Shown: in pieces, positions 30,758-39,225 of the stretch
Layout of the letters: every line of letters begins with the position of its first letter
Position numbering within the stretch: position 1 is the first letter of the stretch
NCBI GenBank assembly: GCA_963755915.1
Contig: CAVWLP010000003.1
Span: 1,152,001-1,216,000 of the forward strand
Source: an uncultured Phycisphaerales bacterium
GTDB taxonomy: Bacteria > Planctomycetota > Phycisphaerae > Tepidisphaerales > Tepidisphaeraceae
Length of the DNA: 64,000 nucleotides
Direction of reading: 5' to 3'
Position numbers and translations under genes: made by a program
The notes under the pieces: generated by a model
Seen by the model: the letters and a program-made list of their open reading frames with translations, nothing else
Told to the model about the DNA's origin: nothing
Databases searched by the model: none

Positions 30758-30893
30758 TCAGTCGGTGATCGCCCCCATCGACTCGGACGCGACTCAAGAT
30801 TCGCGGGCATCGTCCTGCTGAAATGGAAATCTTATCCGCGGGGCTTGGGACCCGCAGCGCGTAATAAATGTGGTTAAACAAATGGGTCGAGGA

Positions 30894-31511
30894 CTATCGC
30901 CTTTTGTCCCGCAAGGGAGAAAATCCGAAATGCGCGCGCGATTGGCGAAACTTCAGCAACGCGTACCCCGCAGCCGCGCCGATCAGGCCGGCAATGAAGC
31001 CGAAAGTCGCGTGAAGCCCGGCGGCAAGGAGCAGGTCATCAATATTTCCGGTTGAAAAGAACGCTCCGACGGGATCCAGAAGCCGCTTGATGAAGCAGAT
31101 CAGGTTTCCCGCCAGTCCGGCCGAGGCGAGAACCAGCAGCCATTTCCAACCGGCCAACTTGCGGTGCTCGGCGAATTGGACGGCCATGTCGAGAACCAAA
31201 CCCGCCAGGATGATCAGGGGCGCCATCATAAATCCACCGGAAATTCGGCCGCCGAGGGAGAGGGTCGTCAATGCGGTGGCGAGTGCGCCCGCGGACGCGC
31301 CGGCGCGGGCGTGTGTGACCAATCGTGCGGCTAGAACCGGAGCCATCCAGAATAGCGCTTTATGCCCCGGCAAATGCAGGGGCGTGCGGGCATAGGCGAC
31401 GGCGATGCCGGCCAGGATGCCAACGGCAACGACGGCAAGATATTCGTCCAAAGCCGCGCTATTCCAGAGGGCGCGATTTTTTTCGGTCGACAGGGATCCA
31501 GGCGCGTTCAT
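30894..31511 (-). CDS. Small polytopic membrane protein, possibly an ECF S-component-like transporter
   Basis: ~205 aa, 5-6 hydrophobic helices, PLHLPGH motif after TM1, His in the last helix. Confidence 0.6.
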   Translation of the reverse strand: MNAPGSLSTEKNRALWNSAALDEYLAVVAVGILAGIAVAYARTPLHLPGHKALFWMAPVLAARLVTHARAGASAGALATALTTLSLGGRISGGFMMAPLIILAGLVLDMAVQFAEHRKLAGWKWLLVLASAGLAGNLICFIKRLLDPVGAFFSTGNIDDLLLAAGLHATFGFIAGLIGAAAGYALLKFRQSRAHFGFSPLRDKRR

Positions 31512-32205
31512 GGTCGCTCCATTCCACAGGCCAGACCGGGCGGCCCCCCACCAGCCTGGGTCTGACCCAGTTCAGCGTTTTATATGGCCCGGGATTATGT
31601 GCAGTTCTCTTGGTTTCCGCTACGCCGACGCCGGCAGGCAAGCGATGATCCACTCGAATGCCGATCCGCGTCAATTCGCAGATGTCCACGACGTCGCCCA
31701 GCATGCGCAGTCCGGGCAGATCGAGGAATCGGCCCTCGTTTCCATCGGCTCTCAAGCCAATGCTGGCGAGTGCGCCGATGATTCCATCGCCGCTGCCTCC
31801 GAGTGGACGGAGAAGGATGCCGCTGGCGCGAGCAAGAGCAATTGCCTGGCTCTGCGTCAGCACCTCGCGCGTGGCGGCCCAGCCCCATTCGACGGCGTCG
31901 GCCGGTACCTCGTCGCGGGCGGCAACGCAGATGCCGGGATCGGACCCTGGTGCGGCCCAGTCGGCGATCAGGTCGATCGCGAAATCCAGTTCTGGCAACG
32001 TTGCGGGGGAATCGAAGGCGATGCACGCGCCGCTGTTGTGCGATGTATAGGGGATTCGATCGTCGACCAGGAACTGATGTCGCGTGATGCCGAGCAGCTT
32101 CGCGCCTCGCTGCTCGATTTCCTGGGCGAGGCGGCGGGCCAACTGTCCGGTGCCGGGACTGGTGTCGTTGTCGGTGTCGTCGATGCCGATGAGATAAGTG
32201 GTCAT
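31459..32205 (-). CDS. Stand-alone TiaS-N-like (IGIDDTD) protein of unknown function
   Basis: LIGIDDTD...GTG, RHQFLVD.RIPYTSHN, SDPG, GIIGALA.IG; no visible OB or Zn-ribbon domain. Confidence 0.75.
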   Translation of the reverse strand: MTTYLIGIDDTDNDTSPGTGQLARRLAQEIEQRGAKLLGITRHQFLVDDRIPYTSHNSGACIAFDSPATLPELDFAIDLIADWAAPGSDPGICVAARDEVPADAVEWGWAATREVLTQSQAIALARASGILLRPLGGSGDGIIGALASIGLRADGNEGRFLDLPGLRMLGDVVDICELTRIGIRVDHRLPAGVGVAETKRTAHNPGPYKTLNWVRPRLVGGRPVWPVEWSDHERAWIPVDRKKSRPLE

Positions 32206-32218
32206 ATACGTCCGGCGG

Positions 32219-34828
32219 TCAGTGAAACTGTTGGCGCGGGCTTTCGCCGACAAAACCGACGCTGCCGTCGAGCATCAGGTAGTTGACGCCCTTTTTATAT
32301 CCGGGATGAGATGTGGGCAACGCGCTGACCCAGATATCGCTCATGACCCAGGTTTTGGGGTCCATGCGGAGGTTGAGTTTTCTGGGCCACGAGACGCCGC
32401 CGCGAAGGAATTTGCTGAGGCTTGGATCGGAGCCGGCGCTCGAAGCGCCGTAATAGTAATAGCCGATGATGCCGGAGCGAAAATTCTGATCGCTATATTC
32501 GAGAGCGGGATCGCGCTGGCTTGGGCAGTAATAGGTTTGGGGGTCGCCGGTGACGTGCCCGGCGGTAAGGGCGTCGAGAAGCTCGACATGGGGATTTTCC
32601 ACGGTGGGAGAAACCGGCAAGTCGCCTCCGCTGGCGTGGGCGTAGAGAATCAGCTCGGTGCCGAGCTTACGCAGGTTGTCCTTGCAGAGAGCGAGGTTGG
32701 CTGCTTCGCGAGCGCGCTCTATCGAGGGGATGAGCATGGCGGTCGCCAGCGCGACGATTGCAATCAAAGCTAAGAGATGAATGTAGGAAAACCCTGGCCG
32801 AGACGCCGATTTTCGATCTGGACGCCTTCGCTTGAGAAAAAGCGACGATGAGCAAAGTCCAAGCAGTGCTGCGCTGACAGGTTCCGGCACATCGGCCGTC
32901 AGGCCGTTGGCGTTGGCGAAGGCGTCGAGGGCCGCCCAATCGCCGGGGATTACATCGGCATCGGCGTCGTTGTCGCCCTGACCGAAGTTTTCGGCGAGGG
33001 CGCTGAAATCGGAGCCGTTGACGGAGGAGGTGAAGAGGAAATTGCCCTGGTCCCAGTTGGTGACGCCGAGGCCAAAGTTGGCGGCAAGGATGCTGAAGTC
33101 AGAGCCGTTGACGGCGCCGTCGAGATTGGCGTCGCCGAGAAGCGTATATTTCAGCTCGATCTGGCCGGAGGATAATCCGGCGACGATGCTGTCCTTGCCA
33201 TCGGCGTAGCCTAAACCGTAGGCGTGATTGGCAGCGGCGGAGGAGATGATCCCCGTGCCGTTCCAGGCGCCGCCGTTATAGCCCGATTTGAGCAGCGCGG
33301 CGATTGAAGCGATGGGATCGGAGCCGCTGCCGTAATTGATATAAATGTGATTGTTGTTGATGTCGAGCGTGCCGCTGCCGGTGATAGCCAGGGAGTCAAC
33401 CTGGGCGAGGCCGGTTCCGGCTCCAAGTTTGAGCGTGCCACCGGAGATAGAGACGTTGCTATCGGTGGGAAGAGCGCCGTTGGCTGCTACGATGAGCGTG
33501 CCGGCGGTGACATCGGTGCCGCCGGAATAGGTATCAGCTCCGGCCAATTCGGTGACGCCGCTGCCGGCGATCGTCAGGCTAAATCCCGCGCCATCGTCGC
33601 CGACACTCGATTGAATGGTCAGGGGATTCGAAGAGTTATTGGTCCACGTTTGGCTCGCGCCCAGCAGAACGCCCGGCGTGCCGGCGATGGTGTCGCCGGT
33701 TACGTTGATCGTGTGGGCTCCCGATCCGGATTGAACGGTGATACCGCCGGAAAGAAGGGTCAGGGTATTCGCGCCGCCGACGATGACCGAATTGGTGCGG
33801 GCGGAAGTGAAGGTCAGGCTGTTGATGCTGAAGTCGGCGCCGAGCGTGGTGCTGAGAGTTCCCGCGCTGTTGCCGGTCGAGCCGAAGATGACATTGGTGA
33901 CCCTCCCGCCGGGAATTGCATGAAGGTCGGCGCCGCCGTCGGTGGCGCTCCAATTGGTGCCGGGGCTGGAGGAGGAACCGAGTTCGGTGGACCAGACCAG
34001 TCCGGCCGCGCCGGACTGAGCGCCGGACCAGTAAGCGGTCGCCGGTGGTGCGGCGGTGTAGGTGACGGTTAATTCCGGCGCGAGGGCGGGATCGTCATTT
34101 GCAGCCGCGCCTTGGGCCGACCAGAAAGCGCGGAAGGTTCTGATGTCCGTCTCATCGGCGTTCTTGATAACCCAGCCGAAATTGTTGGACGGATCATTCA
34201 GCCAGTTTTGCACATCCGTCACCATCGCGGCCGACGACCAGGTGAAACTCGCCAAGGTTCCGGTGACGCTGGCGTCGGCAATATCGGTTAATGATGAGGA
34301 CCAGTCTCCGCCGGCGATCGTCCAGGGCGTCGTGCTGTAGAAGGCGTAGTTCCAGGTGGCATCGCCCGGATCGGGCGCCGCGCCGTGCCCGGTGCCGCCG
34401 AAGGTGGTTGCGCCGGGGAAGTTGGTCGGCTGGCCCCACGCCTGCGATTCATCGAAAAGGCTGATGGTTTCCGGGCCGCTGGTTCCGCCGGAGCCACCCC
34501 CCCCGCTGCCGGCAACCTGGCCGACGGTCATTTGAAGGGTTACCCCGGTAATGGTTGCGCCGGACGGGATCGATCCGGCGATGTTGAATTCGATCAGGCC
34601 TCGTTTGGGATTGCCCTCGCCGTCGGTGCCGACAAAGATGCCCGGATCGGCGAGGCTGTTGTTGGTGGTCGCGTCCGAGCCGCCGAGGAGGGTGGCGTCT
34701 TGGGCGGCGCCGAGTTCAATCTGATCCCCTCGAGCCGATGGGGCGCGCAGCGAGAATGCGGCTATTTCCACAAGGCCAAGCGCGGCGGCGGTCACTGCGG
34801 ATTTTCCTGACCTGATACGCATTTGCAT
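32219..34828 (-). CDS. DNRLRE-like + beta-strand repeats + dockerin-like + internal PEP-CTERM, fused in frame to a prepilin/H-X9-DG domain
   Basis: Single ORF: ...DVPEPVSAALLGLCSSSLFLKRRRPDRKSASRPG|FSYIHLLALIAIVALATAMLIPSIERAREAANLALCKDNLRKLG...HPGYKKGVNYLMLDGSV. Confidence 0.85.
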   Translation of the reverse strand: MQMRIRSGKSAVTAAALGLVEIAAFSLRAPSARGDQIELGAAQDATLLGGSDATTNNSLADPGIFVGTDGEGNPKRGLIEFNIAGSIPSGATITGVTLQMTVGQVAGSGGGGSGGTSGPETISLFDESQAWGQPTNFPGATTFGGTGHGAAPDPGDATWNYAFYSTTPWTIAGGDWSSSLTDIADASVTGTLASFTWSSAAMVTDVQNWLNDPSNNFGWVIKNADETDIRTFRAFWSAQGAAANDDPALAPELTVTYTAAPPATAYWSGAQSGAAGLVWSTELGSSSSPGTNWSATDGGADLHAIPGGRVTNVIFGSTGNSAGTLSTTLGADFSINSLTFTSARTNSVIVGGANTLTLLSGGITVQSGSGAHTINVTGDTIAGTPGVLLGASQTWTNNSSNPLTIQSSVGDDGAGFSLTIAGSGVTELAGADTYSGGTDVTAGTLIVAANGALPTDSNVSISGGTLKLGAGTGLAQVDSLAITGSGTLDINNNHIYINYGSGSDPIASIAALLKSGYNGGAWNGTGIISSAAANHAYGLGYADGKDSIVAGLSSGQIELKYTLLGDANLDGAVNGSDFSILAANFGLGVTNWDQGNFLFTSSVNGSDFSALAENFGQGDNDADADVIPGDWAALDAFANANGLTADVPEPVSAALLGLCSSSLFLKRRRPDRKSASRPGFSYIHLLALIAIVALATAMLIPSIERAREAANLALCKDNLRKLGTELILYAHASGGDLPVSPTVENPHVELLDALTAGHVTGDPQTYYCPSQRDPALEYSDQNFRSGIIGYYYYGASSAGSDPSLSKFLRGGVSWPRKLNLRMDPKTWVMSDIWVSALPTSHPGYKKGVNYLMLDGSVGFVGESPRQQFH

Positions 34829-34831
34829 GCG

Positions 34832-35680
34832 TCAGTTTGCCATTCGTCGCTGCCGGCGGCAAAGCAAAATCGGAGCAACCGCGCCGAGCAGCGAAAGACT
34901 GACCGGCTCCGGGACGGTATAGGTGATGGCCAGGTCCGGCTCAAATCCGTTATTGGCGTTTGTCGCTCCCTGCGTTCCCCAGAATCCTAAAAAGCTCTGG
35001 GCACTCGACGAATCGGCATTGAGGATAGCCAACCCATTGTTGGAAGATGGCGTGTTAACCCATCCCTGCACTTCCGCAATCAGCGCCGACGACGACCACT
35101 GAACTTCCGCACTGTCTGTTCCCTCGATGCCCGAGGTGGTCGCGAGCGCGACTGAGGTTCCGGTTATGTTGGCGGGCATTCCGCTGCTCCAGGCCGTCGC
35201 GAGAGAGGGCATTGAGTTGTAAGCAGCGTCGTTCCAGGTGGCGTCGCCCGGATCAGCCCCAAAGCCCTGCCCATGGCCGCCGAATGTGGTGGAACCCACT
35301 TCGTTGGTCGAAGCGCCCCACGCCTGAGATTCATCATAAAGACTGATTGTTCGCGTAGGCCCGGAATCCACGACATTGCTCCCACCGCTTCCGGCGACCA
35401 TGCCGATGTAGAGATCGAGCGTTGCCCCCGTGATGGTGGCGTACGATGGAATTGACGAGATATTGAAGGCCATCAAACCGATTTTGAATGAAGTATTTGA
35501 ATCGGTGCCCACAAAAATTCCCGGATCGCCCAGACTATTCGTCAGGTCGCCTTGAAAAAGCGTGTCGTCGCCCGTCGAAGGGGCGTTGTCGAGAATATCC
35601 GCCCGCGCCGATGAGACGCAGATCGCGGAGACATTGACGCAAACAGCGACAAATAAAATTTTCGTCAGGTTCATTCTCAT
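34832..35680 (-). CDS. DNRLRE-like domain PEP-CTERM protein
   Basis: Signal peptide; paralogous to the N-terminus of 32219-34828 (NSL.DPGIFVGTD, DESQAWG, DPGDATWN); VPEPVSLSLLG...RRQRR. Confidence 0.85.
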   Translation of the reverse strand: MRMNLTKILFVAVCVNVSAICVSSARADILDNAPSTGDDTLFQGDLTNSLGDPGIFVGTDSNTSFKIGLMAFNISSIPSYATITGATLDLYIGMVAGSGGSNVVDSGPTRTISLYDESQAWGASTNEVGSTTFGGHGQGFGADPGDATWNDAAYNSMPSLATAWSSGMPANITGTSVALATTSGIEGTDSAEVQWSSSALIAEVQGWVNTPSSNNGLAILNADSSSAQSFLGFWGTQGATNANNGFEPDLAITYTVPEPVSLSLLGAVAPILLCRRQRRMAN

Positions 35681-35725
35681 GTGCATTCTCCTTTTCCTTA
35701 AAAGCTCCAATTGGAGGGTTGGTGT

Positions 35726-36475
35726 TTACTGAGCGCTGTTCCAGGTACTTCCTGGCGGCAGCCAGCGAACGTCGGCATGCTCGATGACGCCCGTGCCGCA
35801 ACCGATATAGGCGGCGGGAATCGCGGCGACATGTCCGTCGAGAAAACAGATGTTTACGGAATTGTTGTTGTGGCGCGGGACGGGGTTGTATCCGCCGGCC
35901 GTTTTTGACGGATAGACCGAACAGTAATTCCCAGGCCCATCCGCGAACAGCACCATGGTGGCGGTGCTGCCTACGGCGGTGATCTTGTTGGGTTGCCCGT
36001 TGTTCTGATTTGCTTCCCAGACGGAAAGCGCCATGTTCATCCCGAACGACCAGTAGTATGTGCCGGGCATGTCCACGGCCTGAGGGCAGATCCAGACGGA
36101 ACGATCCGGCGGACGCGGAATTGCGTTTGTCGACGCCAGCGTTTTCACCGTTGGGTCGGCGTCTCCATACTCCGGCAGCTTCATCAGCGGAGGCAGCGCG
36201 TTAAACCAATCCGTCGGCCGATTGATGATGCCGGTCGGACCAACCCCCTGGCCGCGGCGGGGAAGAAACCCATTGTTTTCGTTGGCGTACAGCGCCGTTG
36301 CGATGGCCCACTGGCGGAAATTCGACTGGCACGTGATCCCCCCCACGCTTCGCCGGGCCAGTGTCAGCGTCGGCAGCAGCAGACCCATGAGGATCGCCAC
36401 GATGCCGATTACCACCAGCAACTCGACGAGCGTAAAACCCGCGGAGCGATTGTTGTTACCGTGGATAGGATCCAT
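35726..36475 (-). CDS. Prepilin-type / H-X9-DG protein
   Basis: [17 protein letters not shown]..., CQSNFRQ, RHNNNSVNICFLDGHV. Confidence 0.9.
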   Translation of the reverse strand: MDPIHGNNNRSAGFTLVELLVVIGIVAILMGLLLPTLTLARRSVGGITCQSNFRQWAIATALYANENNGFLPRRGQGVGPTGIINRPTDWFNALPPLMKLPEYGDADPTVKTLASTNAIPRPPDRSVWICPQAVDMPGTYYWSFGMNMALSVWEANQNNGQPNKITAVGSTATMVLFADGPGNYCSVYPSKTAGGYNPVPRHNNNSVNICFLDGHVAAIPAAYIGCGTGVIEHADVRWLPPGSTWNSAQ

Positions 36476-36576
36476 GCAATATCTCCGAGCCTCGCAAAGC
36501 GTTTACCAAGGAGGCTATGTATACGGAGGTATATAACGGGTCAAGAAAAAAAACGCCTCCGCCGCCGGCAAATGGA

Positions 36577-36674
36577 GGCGTTGTTGCTATCTGCACACAC
36601 AATGTTCGGTAAGCAAATACGCCTACGCGATGCTCTGCCTCGTCGCGGCCGGAGGGATCATGTTGCAAGAGATT
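36577..36674 (+). pseudogene. ~100-bp orphan fragment of an IS4 transposase related to 18160-19455
   Basis: Aligns with ~19270-19368 (CTATCTGCACAC...GCAAATA.GCCTACGCGATGCT...GTTGCAAGAGATT). Confidence 0.8.
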
Positions 36675-36701
36675 AGGCTGTCGGGCCGGAGGCCCACCTC
36701 G

Positions 36702-38090
36702 TCAGTTAGGGGGAAGCTGCTGCCAACGAGGCCTTGGCGTGAATTGCCGGCGGTAGGCGGTAGGGGTGGTGCCGGTGGACTGGAGGAAGCTGGTGGCCAT
36801 GTATTCGGGGGTGGCGAAGCCGCTTTGGCGGGCGACTTCGTAGACGGGTAAATCGGTCTGGAGGAGGACCTTGGCGCGCTCCAGGCGGATGCGGCGGATT
36901 TCTTCGAGGGGGGTGTGGCCCAGGACGCTCACGAACCGCCGCTCGAGGGTGCGGCGGTTGACGGGGACTTCATCTAATAGCTGTTTCACCGATAGTCCTT
37001 CGACCGCGTGGCGGCGGATGTGGCGCAGGGCGGCGGCTACGTCGGGGTCGTCTACGGCTAATACGTCCGTGGATTGGCGGGTGACGACTTCGATCGGGGG
37101 GACGCGCTTGATGGTCGCGGGGACTTTGCGGCGCATGATCATTTGATCCAGCAGGTGGACGGCGATCCGGCCGATCTGCTCGGCGCCGATGCGGATGCTG
37201 GAGAGGGGCGGATGGGCGATTTCGCAGAGGAGAGCTTCGTCGTCTACGCCGAGGATGGCGATGTCTTCGGGAACCTGGAGGCCGACTTCGCGGGCGGCCT
37301 GGAGGAGCTCGAAGCCCCAGGTGTCGCTGGTGGAGAAGAGAGCGAGGGGACGGGGCAGGGAGAGGAGCCAGTTGCCCATGGCGGCGGCGCGGCGCTGGTT
37401 GGGGGCGTCGAGGGCGGCGCTGGCGGCGTCGGGGGCGGAGCCGTAGCTGGAGAAGGTGAAAGGTTTGGGGTTGTCGTCGTGATTGACGTCGGCGCGATTG
37501 GTTTGGGCGCGATTGGTCTCCGCGCGGGCGCGGAAGGTTTTTTCGATTTCGGTGCGGAATCCGGTTTCGCGTTCGCGGGACCAGAGCATTCCGGGTGCAC
37601 CGAAGTAGGCGAAGTGGCGGAAGCCGCGCTCGAGGAAATGGCGGGCGGCGAGCTGGCCGGTGGCGACGTCGTCGGGAAGGATGCGGGGGAATTCGGATTT
37701 GGCGCGGCTTTCGAAAACTTCGACGACGGGTTTCTTGGTTTCGCGGTAAACCTTGGCGAGGCGGTCGTCGTAGATCTGGCAGATGATTCCGTCGGGGTTC
37801 CAGTCTTTAAACCATCGGGCGAGGTACTTGCTGGAGTGGCCGTAGATTCCGCGGTAAACGCGGAAGAGCCAGGGATTGTCGCGGCGTTTTTTGGGAGTGG
37901 GCGCGGTGGCGGGCGCGGCGGCGGCGGTGGCGGAATACATGTTTCGTTCGCGGGTGGCGGCGATGATTCCGCGGAGGACGCCCCGGGCGTAGGCGTATTC
38001 GGTGGGGAGGACGACGGCGATATGGACGAATTTGGGTGGGGTGGGGCCGGGCACGAAGGGGGATTTTACCTTGAGGATGACTTGTCGCAA
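36702..38090 (-). CDS. XylR-type regulator (periplasmic-binding-protein-like domain + AraC HTH)
   Basis: YARGVLRGI, AARHFLERGFRHFAY, VPEDIAILGVDD, PPLSSI, VTRQSTD, RRTLERRF...IRRIRLERAK; start uncertain. Confidence 0.92.
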   Translation of the reverse strand: MRQVILKVKSPFVPGPTPPKFVHIAVVLPTEYAYARGVLRGIIAATRERNMYSATAAAAPATAPTPKKRRDNPWLFRVYRGIYGHSSKYLARWFKDWNPDGIICQIYDDRLAKVYRETKKPVVEVFESRAKSEFPRILPDDVATGQLAARHFLERGFRHFAYFGAPGMLWSRERETGFRTEIEKTFRARAETNRAQTNRADVNHDDNPKPFTFSSYGSAPDAASAALDAPNQRRAAAMGNWLLSLPRPLALFSTSDTWGFELLQAAREVGLQVPEDIAILGVDDEALLCEIAHPPLSSIRIGAEQIGRIAVHLLDQMIMRRKVPATIKRVPPIEVVTRQSTDVLAVDDPDVAAALRHIRRHAVEGLSVKQLLDEVPVNRRTLERRFVSVLGHTPLEEIRRIRLERAKVLLQTDLPVYEVARQSGFATPEYMATSFLQSTGTTPTAYRRQFTPRPRWQQLPPN

Positions 38091-38242
38091 ATACGAAGTT
38101 TTGATTTGGTTGAAGGGGAGCTTTGTGAGTACGGCCCCCTCCCCAGCCCTACCCTGGAATACGAGGTGTGGGGAAAATGCTAGTGAATAACCAGCTTAAA
38201 ACGACTGTGTGGACTAAAGGCGAAAATGCAGGACAGGAGCAT

Positions 38243-38307
38243 TTGTCGCAAAATCAGAGCTTTAATTCGCAAATATTGAGAGACGATTTTTGGGAAGGGT
38301 GTAGATT
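38243..38307 (+). promoter_or_regulatory. Tandem operator + -10 element, site 1
   Basis: TTGTCGCAAAATCAGAGCTTTAATTCGCAAATATTGA; TAGATT at offset +59. Confidence 0.7.
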
Positions 38308-38366
38308 GTGGGTGTGGTCAGCAAGCGAGGGCTTGCCCGACTTACACACACTTCGGAGGGCTCTAT

Positions 38367-39119
38367 ATGAATCGTTTGCTATCTGGAATGGCGGCAGTTG
38401 CGTTTGCGGCGGGGCTGTGGTGGACGGCGGGCGCGGCGTGGGCAACCGTCTACGCGGGTCCGGGAACGGGGGACGGGACTGTCGCCAATGACGGTGGCGC
38501 GATCAGCAGCGTGGATGTCACCAACGACGCGAATAACATCAGCTTTACGATCAATTCGACACAGAACATGCAGTCGTATATTTTCTTTGAGGTCGAGCTT
38601 CAGATCACGGGGCAGGCGGGTAGTGGGGATAAGAGTCTGACCAACAATCCCTATACGGCGCCGAATGTGGGTATCAGCACGGGCGTTAACTCTTTGATCG
38701 ATACGTATGGGTCGGGATTTGACACCTATACGTGGAGCGGCGCCTGGAACCATACGGATGATGCTGCGTTTGCGGCGGGGGGTACGGGGAATACGTTTGC
38801 CACGATCACGGTTCCGCTAAGTTACCTGGATCTGAGCGTGGGGAACAGTTTTCTGTTCGACGTGGTTTCGTCCTACACGAATCCAACCGGGCAGTCGGCG
38901 TATAGCGCTTTGGACAGCACGGGATATCCGGCGGAGACGGATAATTCCTATAAGCCGTACCTGGGGACGAACGATTATGACTCTGCAACGGATGCCAGTT
39001 CGACTTTTAATTCTGCAGCGAGCCTTTATATCGTGACGGCGGTTCCGGAGCCGGCGACGATCGGGTTGGTTGCGCTGTCGAGCCTGGGGCTGATGGCGCG
39101 GCGGAATAAGAAGAACTGA
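38367..39119 (+). CDS. PEP-CTERM surface protein, unknown domain
   Basis: GGAGG RBS, signal peptide, VPEPATIGLVALSSLGLMARRNKK. Confidence 0.88.
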   Translation: MNRLLSGMAAVAFAAGLWWTAGAAWATVYAGPGTGDGTVANDGGAISSVDVTNDANNISFTINSTQNMQSYIFFEVELQITGQAGSGDKSLTNNPYTAPNVGISTGVNSLIDTYGSGFDTYTWSGAWNHTDDAAFAAGGTGNTFATITVPLSYLDLSVGNSFLFDVVSSYTNPTGQSAYSALDSTGYPAETDNSYKPYLGTNDYDSATDASSTFNSAASLYIVTAVPEPATIGLVALSSLGLMARRNKKN

Positions 39120-39148
39120 ATCCGGGCAAATAATTTCACCTGGCACAG

Positions 39149-39196
39149 ACTGCGTGTCCGATCGGAAATATCTGGGTCGGACACGCAGTGTTTTTT
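39149..39196 (+). terminator. Rho-independent terminator
   Basis: 13-bp stem ACTGCGTGTCCGA / TCGGACACGCAGT followed by GTTTTTT. Confidence 0.75.
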
Positions 39197-39225
39197 GATG
39201 GAAAAGACGTTCTAACGCCGAGGCG

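Noticed and set aside
30758-30893. Mn-sensing yybP-ykoY riboswitch before NRAMP; cobalamin riboswitch before 36475
   Set aside because: I could not recognise the conserved elements by eye; an Rfam scan would settle it
31459-32205. True tRNA(Ile2) agmatidine synthetase (tiaS)
   Set aside because: Too short, lacks the tRNA-binding domains, bacterial context
36703-36716. Near match (CAGTTAGGGGAA) to the IS target
   Set aside because: One mismatch in 12 bp could be chance in 64 kb; no element or MITE context
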